From: Felis catus
Taxonomy: Eukaryota
NCBI RefSeq assembly: GCF_018350175.1
Contig: NC_058381.1
Span: forward strand, 40,548,001 to 40,612,000
DNA: 64,000 bases
Reading direction: 5' to 3'
Shown: positions 47,629-60,117 of the stretch, piece by piece
Numbering within the stretch: the first letter of the stretch is position 1
Layout: each line of letters starts with the position of its first letter
The notes under the pieces: model-generated
Seen by the model: the letters and a program-made list of their open reading frames with translations, nothing else
Databases searched by the model: none
What the model was told of the DNA's origin: nothing
Made by a program: the position numbers and the translations under genes

Positions 47629-50600
47629 TAAAACTTACATTGAGACAACTGATAGCTTCAACACAGAACAAGATAGTTTTAGGAACATAAAACAGGCTAT
47701 TTTACAATGTGATGTCTCAAAAGCGTCCTAAATTCTACATCTCCTCTGACTTAAAGGGAGATAGCCAAGATTATACTTTGAGTAGAGTAGGGGCTTGGAT
47801 ACTGATAGCCCCCAAAAGTCACTGTGTATCAGCTTGAACTAAATATGTATTTTACAAATAACTCAGTGAGCCCTAGCACATGGACCATAGTCTTCAAACA
47901 TCTAGCAAGCTTAATTTTTCACAAGTGCATTATGCAGGAGGATTAAGTGAACAAGTGCTCTACTGTATGTGCTTCAGTGTCAGACATTCGTAGTGATGCT
48001 CAGAGAGTAAGACAAAAGCCCTACGAAGGTAATCAACAAAGAGCAGTTATTTGGCTATCTAATTAAATTCCTTGAAGCGAGATGGCTACTATATTATGTT
48101 ATTGTTATTGTATTATGTCACTCAACTATGAGCTGTTTGGTTTCCAATGACCAGAGCACGTTATAATGTAGGCATTATAACAACAAAAATGGACTATTCT
48201 CAAGAAAGCAACAAACTGCAGTGATGGACTGTGCCAAAATGTTTGATAATTAAAGGAGAGACCAAAGCGTTTCTCAAATATTCTACAGTTAAATGGCAAC
48301 CTAGAAATACCCTATTTTGCTAATGGAGGCAGGGAACCTACTTCACAATTCTGTAGACTTTCAAAAGACAGGAAATGTGGCCAACACACCCTTTTAATTT
48401 AAGCTTAATTTGAGGAAAGTACAAAAAAGTCCCTTTATCTATGTTTGATTAGGCCAAGTAACTAAAATATATGTTTAGTTTACTTGTCTACCTACAGTAC
48501 AGTGTCTCGTTAGAATTATGAAGCAGAGAATGAAGTATTTAAACATATGACATGCTACACTAGTCAAGAAACAGAGAAAAAAGAGTGCCCTAGAAACTGC
48601 CTTACCAGTAGCCTGAAGAGTTTAAAGAGCAAAAGCACACAAGTCTTCGATAAACACTATCTTTCCAGCTTCAAACTTCTGTTCTATGTATTTTAAAAGT
48701 TTTTGGTCCCAGCAATACTATATAAAACTAAGTGATAAAAACAAAACTGATGTCAATCAATTTTGAGATTTTTTTTTAGCAAAATATTTTTGAGTTGGCA
48801 CAGCAAAAGCAAAGTTGGATATACAAGATCTACAAGACATCATGCAAACATCTGCAAGTGAGATGTACTACTTACACACTAAGCTCATGACTGACATTCT
48901 CAATATACACCACGGGTTTGTTTTTTTAAAAACCACGGTGGGGTAGGTGGAGGTGGAGGACCTCCATTCCAAGATAGAAGTCACACTAGGGGTTAGGTAA
49001 AGGTACTACTTTTTGGTCCTCTTTTATCCTTCCACAAAACAAAAACAAAAGCAACAACAACAAAAGGTTCGCTTGAATACATGTGAAGCTGTCTTTTTAG
49101 AAGTTTAAATGACCAAACACATTCTTTAAGTTTTTCATCAGAAAGGAAATTTCTTTCCCAAAGAGCCACTTTAGGCTGGTTGTCATAATCAAAACCTTTC
49201 CAAATACTCTGGAAGTTATTTCCAGTTTAGAATTTCAGAATGTCAGCCTTGAACAGATTTAAGCAAATCTGGTTTCCTTTCCTATTAACAAGTTAGTTAG
49301 GATATTTCAGAGACACAAGTTATTGATGTGAAGTCAGCCGTGTGAATTCAAATATGAAAATTAGAAATTCAGTAATCAGGAAAACCTGCACACATCATCA
49401 TGCAAGGAAGGACTTACCCCTTCTTTTCAGCCATGGCCTACGCTGCCTGCTGAGTTAAAAAACAACAGTTTCAATCAAGTTTTCAGAACCAGATTATACC
49501 TAAATCTTATGAGTTAGAATTTGTCGCATCATGTGAAAAAAGGCCACCCTCCAAAAACTTGGTAGTGACAGTCTCAGAAGACAACTCAGAGATAAGATCC
49601 AAAAACCTTACATCACGCCTCCTGGACAGAAACTGCCATTTTAGTGAGCTGCTGAGTTACTTCACCACTAACAAGAGGAAGTTTGCTAGGCGGCATAGTC
49701 TATCAGAGACGAGAACATCACTCAACGAGCTTTTCTGCCTCATGTGCATAGACCTCTCACAACTAAGAATGAGCACTTCTCAGAATTGAAATGGCTTTTA
49801 TTAAAATAACTACAAATGGAAATTGATAAAATGGTAGAGGTGGTGTAGGATAATATATCCTCATACAGAAATAGGACTTGAAGTTTACGACCCCCACTCC
49901 AATCTAAATTAAATGGTTTTAAAGCAGATTTCCGACACATTTATTGAAAAACTTTGTCCTAGGCAAGGATACCAACTTAAAAATTTCAGGAAAGCTCTTA
50001 GTATAGAGTCCAGGGAATAGATATTAATAGTCTTGCAGCAAATTGAGAGCCAAAATTTCTGGTTGTGCTTTTTTCCTTTTGATGTTTGATACAGTAAGAA
50101 GGTTAAGTATAATGGTCTAGGGAAAAAAATAATCACTGCACTTGGAGTTCAACTCCTAAAACAGTATCCTGGAATGTCTAAGAAGATGATATTCTGAAAG
50201 AAATAAGAAACATACACAATGGAGCCATTTTGCAAACCATTAGAGCAGGAGTCCTTTACGTTAACTGAGTTCTCATTTGTATAAAACTTGGGAGTGTGTT
50301 AGAGAATCAGAAGAATGCATAAGAATAAATAAAAGATAACTAAAGCAATAAATTTTTAAGAGCCTTAATTATGCACCTAAATTTGGTATTCGAGGCTCAG
50401 GTAAAGTCTGAATAAAAGTCTAGGGAAACTGGATAAACTACTAGAACAGTCAGGGCTGAGAAACAGTAAGGCTTCTCTTACGCAACATTTCTCTCAATCG
50501 TCACTTCCTTCCCATTTTGAGAAAAGTTTCTTTTAGAAAGAATGAGGAGGACTCTATACAATATACTTTAGAGGACAATTTAAAACTGAAGGCATTGTTG

Positions 50601-51495
50601 TATCGATTGTCATAGGCATTATTTACACTCATTAACTTATCCTCAAATACGCCTGCAACTTCTGAAAAAAGTGTTTACGTGTTTTAATGCCTTTGCTCAG
50701 TCTACCTAATAATACTACTTTTCTTCTTAGAAAAACAAATTTCATATACATAACGTCCTCCGTATTAAATCAATGAGCTAAAGATCAACACTCTTGCCAA
50801 CTACCATCATCTCAGAGTGATGGCTCCCAGTCTAGAACGGTTGCTGAAGAAATGGAAAATATTCAAAAAATAATGGGGCCAATCACAAATTTCTCACTAG
50901 TCATCTCTTCTAAAAATAAACAAAACGGCATTTCTAGATAAACACATACAACAAAACATCAATGCAAATATTCAGAAACCATCCTGCCGAAACATTGTGC
51001 TTTTCCCTTCAAATCTCAGTCTCACTATTGCACATACCTCCTGCAGATGAGGGCTCAATGCGTAAGTTCTGCTCTTTTCAAAACCACCAACCATTCAGGA
51101 AAAAATTAAAAGGAGTATCAAAGTAAACGTGCAAATAAAACTGTTGCTTAAAGCATGTTCAAAACATCAAGTCCCTAAGACAAAGGAGTTTTCACTTGTT
51201 GGCAGAAAAACAGCCAAGTAACTATACCTGGTTCTTCCACTTGTCATTAATAAGATCTAACTTGGCTAGCACATCCACACAAACCGAAGACAGACAAAGA
51301 CTGCACACCAACAAAAATTACCACATATTAAATCGTGTTTCCCATTCTTCAGTTTTTAACTGTGTTTCCTTTATATGGGGCAATAATCAGGTAGGTAGAA
51401 AATAAGTTATCGACATACTTTTTCAAGTAACAGTCTGGGGATCTTCAGCCTCACAAGACAGGTACAACTGTTTTAAGCTGCACCTATTGGAGCAC

Positions 51496-54400
51496 CTAGC
51501 ATTCAATCTGAGAGCTTGGCACTCTTCGCATGTTCAGGGCGTGCCGATGTATTTCTTGCATCTGTCTGATGCGGTCCTTCTGCCACATTAAGTTTTGAGG
51601 CATAGGATATCTCTGTGTGCCATGCAAGTACCGGTACGGGATCCTCACGTGGCAAGCGGTGGCTCTACAACGAGGCTGTGGCATGGGAGGAAGAAGCATC
51701 CACCGCTTTCTTTCAGCACAATATCGGTAGGCTTCTTTCCGGTACTGTTTGTCGATATCATCGCTGTTTTTCCAGCCTCCAATAATGAAAACGTCATCTC
51801 TGTAATAGCAGATAGCTGCTCCTTCGATGCTTAGGACTTCGGGAGGTAAGCTCTCAAGGATCTCATCAGACACTTGGCTGGCAATTTTTCTTACTGCCTC
51901 TTCATTTTCTAAAGAATAACTCTTGGGACAGCATGATGCCGTCTGGTAAAAGTTTGAATTGACCACAGACATTTGGAAAAAGCAGTAATTGTCAATAAGC
52001 GGCAAAGATTCCACATCTTGCCACTGTCGAGTCTCCGTATCATAGCAGGTAATTACAGCCTTTAACCCATCTTCGGTGTCCCGGTCCACGGGAGTGCGGG
52101 CAGCGATGTACACAAACCGGTCTTCGATGGCTAGTGCTTTGACATCCCGGAGGATCTTTGGTGCTGATTCCAAGTTGTGCCATTTATCAAGCTCAGGATT
52201 ATAAACAGTCACGTCTTTGAAGCCAGGGCTGAAGTTGCCATGCCCTCCAATGCTGTAGAGCTTCCCTTTGACTTCTGTTAACCCAAAAGAATGCTTTCTT
52301 GTCATCAGACTACAAACATGTTCCCACGTATTCAAATTTGGGTTGTATCTTTCCACAGTTTTAGCAAACCCTGGTTCCATCGATCCAGCAACATACACGT
52401 AGGACTCTGTTACTGCAACGGCATGTCCATCAAGGTGATTATGAATATGGGGCAGGTTTACCCATCTGTCCTCATCGACAAAATACCCCACACATTCACT
52501 TAAATAATCCCCTCCTTCTGACACGCCTCCAATAACCATGATCACGTCCATGTTTTGCCCATAGCGAGGTAATAATGAGACATGAGAGGCAGGATGCTGG
52601 AAGGTGCCAGACTGTATGTTTTCAGCTCTCAGAGCATGCCTCTCCACTGCATCGGCCACTAACTTGACGCAAACTTCATTATTGGCCACCAGCCTCTCTG
52701 GTTTGACATGCCGAGTAAGGTAAGTAGGTTTCATCTGGGACAATCTGAGCAATTTAAAAAGTTCTTCAAAGTATCTCTCTCTCTCTTCAGCGTTTCTCTG
52801 AACCCACTTCAACACTGTTTCAAAGAGAACCTCTTCAGAATCAACCGTGATTTCCAAGTCCGACAGCCAGTCTCGAATGAGATGGAAAGGTAAAGTATAA
52901 AATTCTTCATCCTGAATTACTTTGTGGAAATTTCTCCGTATCATATCGGCAGCTTTCAGAGCAAGTTGGCTCAGAGTATACATGTGAGCTAAGCTATGAA
53001 TGGCCACGCAATTAGAGAGATGAAGTTTCTTCTTGAGAAATTCTCCACAGAATTCTTTTAAACGAATTAACAGGAACCTAAAATCAAGAAAAGAAAAAAG
53101 AATTTTCAAATGTGCACATTTTATGTGGCTGCATTTTGAGAACATGTTATACATGTTAACATGTTTATACAAACTGAAATGGTAAGCTTCATCTCATTTT
53201 ATGCCCAACATCTGAAAAAGGGTAAATCCCCCCAAATTAAAAAGGATGATGCTGAAAAGCGTATTTATTTTTTAATAATTTTTTAAAGTTTATTTATTTT
53301 GAGAGAGAGGAGAGAGAGAACAAGCAGGAGAGGGGCAGAGACACAGGGGGACAGAGGATCTGAAGCAGACTCTGTGCTGATAGCAGAGAGCCGAACGTGG
53401 GCCTCAGACTCATGAACCACAAGATCATGACCTGAGCCGAAGTCGGATGCCCAATTGACTGAGCCACCCAGGCACCCCATTATGCTGAAAAGTATATTTA
53501 AAAGCATATATAAAGTCATCTTTATATATGTATATATTTTTTTTAATTATGCATATTATATAATATATATACAACTATACATGATACATGTAACATACAC
53601 ACAGTGGTGCTTTTCATTATGTAAGTTTTTCTGGAACATATCCTTTAATAAAAAGTGCAACAGTCAGAGAAAGAAATACCATAGGATTTCACACCTATGT
53701 GGAATTTAAGAAACAAAACAAACATGCAAAGGGGAAAAAAAGAGAGACAAACCAAGAAACGGACTCTTAACTACAGAGAACTGGATGGTGGGGTGGTGGT
53801 GAAATGGGTGATGGAGATTGGGGAGTGTACACTTATTATGGTAAGCACTGGGTAATGTACAGACTTGTTGAATCACCATGTTATACACTTGAAGCTAATA
53901 TAACACTGTATGTTAACTATACTGGAATTAAAATTAACTTAATAAGGGCACCTGGGTGGCTCAGGCAGTTAAGCGTCGGAATCTTGGTTTCAGCTCAGGT
54001 CATGATCTCATAGTTTCTCAAGTTCGAGCCCTGCACCAGGCTCTGTGCGGAGCCTGCTTGAGATTCTTTTTCCCTGTCTCTCTGCCCCTTCCCCACTTGT
54101 GCTGTCTCTGTCTCTCTCAAAATCAATTAATAAACTTAAAAAAATAAAAAATAAAAAATAAAGTACAACAGTTCCATACTTTATTTTTATTGGCAAAGGC
54201 AATTCCCAATCCAAACCTGTCTATGCTATTCCTGTCCTAATCCCTTGTCAGTCACCAGCCTTTTCTTTGAGGCAGGGTCTCAGCAAGATACTTTATTAAG
54301 CCTTGACTAGATGGTATAGGAACTGTGGTTCCTGGGAGGCTCTGTCTGTTCAATATCAGAAGGAACAGCAGTGGAGGCCTTGTGTTGAAGGTTTCAATCT

Positions 54401-57400
54401 CCTCTTCACTAGAGCTTTCTCCTTGGGCAGCAGATGATGGGGGGAGGGGATGGCAAGGCAAACTCAAACAACAGTAACGAACATATGGAAGGGGTCTGGC
54501 ATGTTGCTGACTAGAAGTTGTCTGCCCTCCTAAATTCATTTGAAGTTAAATTACATACCACAAGTTTCAGCTAAATCCATAAATCTAGCAGAACTCAGTC
54601 CCAAGGATGGCCACTTTGAGACCACTGCTTTAATAAAAGTAAGTCCCCAGAACTGAGAACTTTAAACAAAATATAGACTTTACCAGTCCAGGCCTCTCAA
54701 TTCAGGGCTCTCAATTCAACCATTTGTTATTACAGTTATCGCGCTTAGTACCCATCTAACTAGGATATAAAGATGAGTATGACAGGCTTCCTTCACCATC
54801 TTCAGGGAACATACCATCTTAGAAGACAAAGACAAGGGAGAGTGGTAAGAGCTCTAGTGACTCTCAAAGATGTCTGGGTGCCAGGGTCACTAGATTCCCA
54901 GGCTGCTCGCACCCCCTACCTGGAGCTCCTATCTTTGGCATGGCGCTCCAGATAATTCTGACATATTCCCTTGGATAGGGTGTTTAGAAACATTGCTCGA
55001 TGACAATAATAGCTAACGTACACTAGGCATGTTCCATGTGCTAGGCACTTCCTATTATTTCCTTGTAAGTGCCCTTGAAGGTAGGTATGATCGACAGAGT
55101 ACTCGGGCGGTAGGGAGAGAGCTCTTGCCTCAGAGCTCATGGGTAAGGTTAGATATGACGGTTGCCAGGCACTTAGTGCCCATCACAAGGCAGCTGCTCA
55201 AGCAGCTGACAGATGGACAGAAGTTCAACTGCCTGAGATGTTCTCTCCTAACCCCCAACTCCCCTATAAAGCAGGAGCAAATCTGAAAAATGAGCCCACG
55301 TGAGACACAAACATAGCTTGAGTGGGTGCAATGACCTTTCTCTACTCATTTTCATTCAACAAACCTCTCTCTCAAATCTACACCTGCCCCACCCTACCCC
55401 ACCCTCTCATGAACGATCCAAACTTGGGCTATGAGAAAACAAGCAATCAGAAACTTCATCTTACCACCACCCAGTGTGCCTGTAGCTTTACCCTATATTC
55501 TGCCTTCCCAGTCCAACTTTTCCATTATTAATACTGATTCTATCCCCTTCTTGATTTCAAGGACTTTGCTCCTGCAAGAATTCCCCCACTCCTGAAACAT
55601 GAAGTTCTCCTCTTCCACTGATTCATTTTTCTTCAGCACACAAACAAGCTCTAGTATCTCCTATCTTAGATGGGGGAAAAAGACCTCCCTGGACTCTTCT
55701 CCAAACATGTCCATGTGTACCATTATTCTGACCCTCTTTATACGAAGACTTAAATGGCTCCTGCTAATGCCATCATGGGTCTCTATATTGCCAAATGCAG
55801 GGATCACTTACGGTTGACAGTTGACAGGATAGGCTACTCCCTCCTCTATACCTTTTTTTTTTTTTTTTTTTTTAAGGCTTCCTGTGAGACCCATCTCCTC
55901 TACCGGTTCCTCTTTAACATTTTGGAACCCCAGGGCTCAATCCTGCCCCTTCTCTGTCTACACTCTCTTCCTTCCTAAGTAATTTTTCATCCAGTCCCAT
56001 GGCTTTAATTACCATCTTATATGCCATATTCCTCCCAATGTTCTTATATCCAACTGGCTATTCAGACATTTCCTGGACCCAAACCAAACTCCTGGTCTTC
56101 CCAAACTTGCTTTCCTACACTCTCCCACATCTTAATAAATAACTCCATCTTTCCAATTGCTTGTATCAAAAACCAGCAGTCCTTTCCCTTACACTCTGTA
56201 TCAAATCCATCAGCAAATTTGTCCCCTCTACCTTCCAAACATATCTAGAACTGAAGCACTTATCATCTTTACTTCTCCTTCTTCAATCCAAGCCTCTGTC
56301 ACCATTCCATTCCAACAACCCCCTAATCTTTTTGCTTCTGCCTTTGCAGCCCCTTCCTCACTGCCCCATCCTTTATTCATCACAGCAGAATTCTTCAAAT
56401 CACATTTCATTGTTCCTCTGCCCCAAACCTTCCTATTTCATTCAAAATAAGAGCTCAAGTCCTTCACCAGGCCAACAAGCCCTATGGAATCTGGATCCAT
56501 CCCCCATCACCACCCTGGGGCCTCTCCCACCCCTCTCAACCTGCACCCATTTGATCTAGCCATGCTGGCCTCCCGCTATTCTCAAACATCCAGATAAGCC
56601 CCACCTCAGGCCTTTCCACCTGTGTCCTCAACCTGAAGCACTCTTTTTTTTTTTTTTTAACGTTTATTTATTTTTGAGACAGAGAGAGACAGAGCATGAA
56701 CAGGGGAGGGTGAGAGAGAGAGGGAGACACAGAATCTGAAACAGGCTCCAGGCTCTGAGCTGTCAGCACAGAGCCCGATGCGGGGCTTGAACTCACGAAC
56801 CATGAGATCATGACCTGAACCGAAGTCGGACACTTAACCGACTGAGCCACCCAGGCGCCCCCTGAAACACTCTTTACCTCACCTCCTTCAGTTCTTTGCA
56901 AAATGTCTTCTTCATGAGGCATTCTCTATCTACCCAATTAAAAAACACAGCTCCTCTCTACGAGCACTTTCTATGCTGAATTTCTCATCAAAGCTGTAAC
57001 AATCATCCAACACGCCATCTATTTTAATTATTTATTGCCCATCTACCAGTGTGAGCGCAACGCGGAAAGGGACTTTTGTCTGTTTTGTTCACCAGGAAGT
57101 CCCAGCACCTTAGAACCCAGTGTCTGATCTGATGCATTAACAGGCACTCAATAGGTATTTGTTAAAATCATGTTCCTGGTAATATAATACTGCCAAAAGG
57201 GAGTCCTCCACATCTCTAAAAATGGCATTCACCTGCCTCCTAACCAGTCTCTGAAGCATCCGTTCCTGCTCCGTACAATCCATTTTCCACTGTAGCAGAA
57301 TCCTCTTTTAAAGTAATGAAATCAGGGGCGCCTGGGTGGCTGGGTCCGTTCAGCATCTGACTTCGGCTCAGGTCATGATCTCGCGGTTGACGAGCTCAAG

Positions 57401-58905
57401 CCCTGTGTCAGGCTCTGTGCTGACAGCTCAAAGCCTGGAACCTGCTTCAGATTCTGTCTCCCTCTTTCTCTGCCCCTCCCCCACTCATGCTCTGTCTCAA
57501 AAATAAATAAATATCAAAAATAAAATAAAATAGGGGCACCTGGGTGGCTCAGTTGGTTGGGTGACCGACTTGGGCTCAGGTCATGATCTTGCAGTTTGTG
57601 AGTTCGAGCCCGGCGTCGGGCTGTGTGCTGACAGCTCAGAGCCTGGAGCCTGTTTCGGATTCTGTGTCTCCTCCTCTCTCTACCCCTCCCCTGCTCACAC
57701 TCTTGTGTCTGTCTCTCAATAATAAACGTTAAAAAAATTAAAAATAAAATAAAATAATGAAATCAGGAAGTTTCTTTACTCAGCTTCCCACCTCACAGTA
57801 AAAACCAAATTCCTTATTCCAGCGCATTTCGCAAACCCTTCACCCATTAGACCCAGCTCCATTGGGTATTTCCTTTAGTTCTTTAAGCCGAACTGGGATC
57901 CTGACTGAGGGCCTTGGCGCTCTCTGCCTGGAATGTTCATCCCCCATCTCTGCATGGCCAGTTCTTTCTTGCCGTTTAGAGATCGGTCTAAACGTCACCT
58001 CCTCAGAAAGGTCTCTCCTCTACCAATCACTGTCCTTTCATCCTTTTTAAATGTCAACACAGCGCTGATTACAGGCAGACTTTCTTTTTCATTGCCTTTG
58101 TCCCTCCACCTGGAATCTGAGCTCCCTAAGCGCAGGGCGCCCTCATCAGACCGGCCGCATCCTCGGTGCCCAGCGCAGTAGCCGCCCCACAGCACACAGT
58201 AGACGCTCAAGAAGCCGCAAACAAACGCATCTCGTACGGGCTCCCTCGAGTCCCACCCGCAGGCCCTGTCTCCCCGCCTCCCCCGCCCCCTCCCGGGATG
58301 CGGCCCTCGGTGGGCGAGCCTCTCCGCCGCCCGGCGCGCGGCCCCCAGCATCCCGCCTACCTGTCGGCCAACTCCAGCACCTCGTGCACGCTGCCCGTGC
58401 TGACGCGGATGCGCCCGGTGTACATGTATTCGATAACGGCTTCCACCGTGTCGGGCTCGGGCCCGGGCTCCGAGCTCCACTTGCGCATCTCCACCCTGCC
58501 CGAGCGGGACTCCGAGAACTGGCCCGAGAGCAGGGGCGTGAAGTATTCGGTGGCGGCGGCCAGCACCGAGCGGTGGGCCCGGAACTCTCGGCCGCCCGCG
58601 CCGCCGAAGCACAAGGTAATGTCGCAGAAGAGGCCTTGGCGCCGCTGCTCGTTCTGCCTCCACGACAGCTCCGAGCAGTGAGAGCTGCACTCGAAATCCT
58701 CGGCCTCCGGGCCCGGATCGCCCCCGCTCGCTTCCATTGCAGATATGCCGGGCCCAGACCCGAAGTCCACCGTGCCGCTGCCTCGGACTTCGGCGGCCAG
58801 CCCTGCCGATCCGGCGGCGGCCGTCTCCATGCTCTCCATCTCCAGCACCTGAAGAGATGCGGCCGCTGCCGCCGCCGCTGCCGCCGCCACCGCCGCCGCC
58901 GCCAT
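51496..58905 (-). CDS. KLHL11: Kelch-like protein 11, CUL3 adaptor; 708 aa
   Basis: Exon 1 58905..58361 (545 nt, [19 protein letters not shown]..., BTB). Exon 2 53077..51496 (1582 nt, ends [10 protein letters not shown]). Total 2127 nt. Donor AG|GTAGGC, acceptor TTTTAG|G. Confidence 0.98.
53266..54160. mobile_element. CAN-SINE (-, 53266-53478), carnivore L1 3' end (+, about 53660-53945) and CAN-SINE (+, 53946-54160) in the KLHL11 intron
   Basis: TSD ATGCTGAAAAG on the first SINE. L1 3' UTR CACCTATGTGGAATTTAAGAAACAAAAC...CACTTGAAGCTAATATAACACTGTATG. Confidence 0.85.
55300..57150. mobile_element. Long degenerate L2 interrupted by a young CAN-SINE (-, 56645-56861)
   Basis: L2 ORF2/3' remnants such as GGCTTTAATTACCATCT and CAGGCACTCAATAGGTATTTG. 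SINE TSD CCTGAA(G/A)CACTCTT. Confidence 0.7.
57325..57757 (+). mobile_element. Tandem CAN-SINE pair (57325-57531, 57532-57757)
   Basis: Two full copies. TAATGAAATCAGG flanks the pair. Confidence 0.9.
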
Positions 58906-59250
58906 CTTGACGCCGCCGCGCCCGACCTCCGCAGTCTCGGAACGATTCAGCCGTTCTGGTGCGACACAGAGGAATTCTGGGAATAAATAGTGGGCGCAGG
59001 GCGGAGCTGGGCGCCGCTAGTGTGCGCACGCGCGGCCGCTCCCGCGCGGAGCCGCGCCACCTTGGAGAGAGCTGGAGAGAGCTGGAGAGAGCTGGAGAGA
59101 GCTGGAGTGGGCTGGGTAGGGCTGCCCCCCCCCCCCTCGCCGACCTCCCTCCCACGTGTCGGGTCTCCTACCCGTCAGAGTGGCACGCTCTTCGTGGTCA
59201 TTTTGTAGGACAAAAGCCACCCTGGCCCGTCACCCATTGTTAGTGTCTCG
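58100..59250 (-). promoter_or_regulatory. KLHL11 CpG-island promoter with YY1, NRF1-like and GC-box motifs
   Basis: CAAGATGGCGGC (YY1) on minus at 58898-58909, overlapping the ATG. TGCGCACGCGCG at 59023-59034. GGGCGGAG near 59000. Confidence 0.7.
59063..59107. repeat. 10-bp tandem repeat (GCTGGAGAGA)n, about 4.5 copies, in the KLHL11 promoter
   Basis: TGGAGAGA GCTGGAGAGA GCTGGAGAGA GCTGGAGAGA GCTGGAG. Confidence 0.95.
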
Positions 59251-59784
59251 GGTGGCGACAGTGTATTTTTAAAGATTTAAAATGGCTTTGGAGTAAACAT
59301 GAAAAAAAAAAAACTTGAGACCGAGCCCCCGCTCAGTGGACGAGGGCGAGCAAGTTACTCAGTATCTCGGAACCAATTCATCTTCTACAAATTGGATAGT
59401 ATGTTAGGAGAACGCTTAGGGATGCTTGTGTTTTACGTAATGTTTGGTCCGTAGTTACTGTTGCAAACATACTTGTTTAAAAGATGAATAAAAGTCACTT
59501 TGGGGTTTTATTAAGCAAGGGAGTGGCTCCATTAGATGCATGCTTTAAAATATCACTGGTGGCTGAAGAAATAATGAAAAAGTGGAAGTGGGGGCATTAG
59601 TTAGCATATAGATAGATCAGAGGGATAATGAAAGGCTGAATCAATAAGATGGGACAACCAGAGAAGTGGAAGAGAGGAGGACTCTTGAGCTTTTGGCTTA
59701 AGCATCTGGGTTACAGCTTTGTTCCTATTCACTGAAAATGGAGAGGTACCGATTCAAGGGAGAAGGCAGGGTTGTTTTTTTTTT

Positions 59785-59905
59785 TCCCCCAACATTTTTA
59801 AGAAGTTTATTTTTTTAGTAATCTCTACACCCAACATGGGGCTCGAACCCACGAACCCAAGATCCAGTTGCATGCTCTACCTACTGAGCCAGCCAGGGCC
59901 CCCCT
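59785..59905 (-). mobile_element. Short carnivore SINE
   Basis: Reverse head CTGAGCCAGCCAGGGCCCCC and GGGGCTCGAACCCACGAACC. Confidence 0.75.
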
Positions 59906-59938
59906 GAGCAGGGGGGTTGAAGTTAGTGTTTTGATGAA

Positions 59939-59941
<3 letters not shown>

Positions 59942-59989
<48 letters not shown>
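59942..59989. repeat. (GT)n microsatellite
   Basis: About 24 uninterrupted TG units, about 100 nt downstream of the ACLY poly(A) signals in ACLY orientation. Confidence 0.95.
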
Positions 59990-59994
<5 letters not shown>

Positions 59995-60093
59995 ATGGAT
60001 GAACATTTTTAAAATGACATGTAGTGAAACAATTAGCACCGTTCAAAGGAATGGAGAGGAAAGGATATGGATGGCATGAGACAGTAGTGTGTC

Positions 60094-60117
60094 TTTATTG
60101 TTACTATATAGTTTATT
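60094..60117 (-). terminator. ACLY tandem polyadenylation signals
   Basis: TTTATT on plus at 60094-60099 and 60112-60117, about 860-880 nt past the ACLY stop. Confidence 0.65.

Noticed and set aside
51496-53172. 558-aa ORF as a stand-alone gene
   Set aside because: It is KLHL11 exon 2 plus 95 nt of open intron; the acceptor is at 53078/53077.
54252-54539. 95-aa ORF and AATAAA (54292-54297, minus) in the KLHL11 intron as an alternative last exon
   Set aside because: The acceptor is a weak AAG, and splicing from exon 1 gives RRKL then a stop. No supporting features.
57995-59155. 386-aa minus ORF overlapping KLHL11 exon 1
   Set aside because: Alternative frame in a CpG island with Gly/Arg low complexity. 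Its start is a non-ATG codon.
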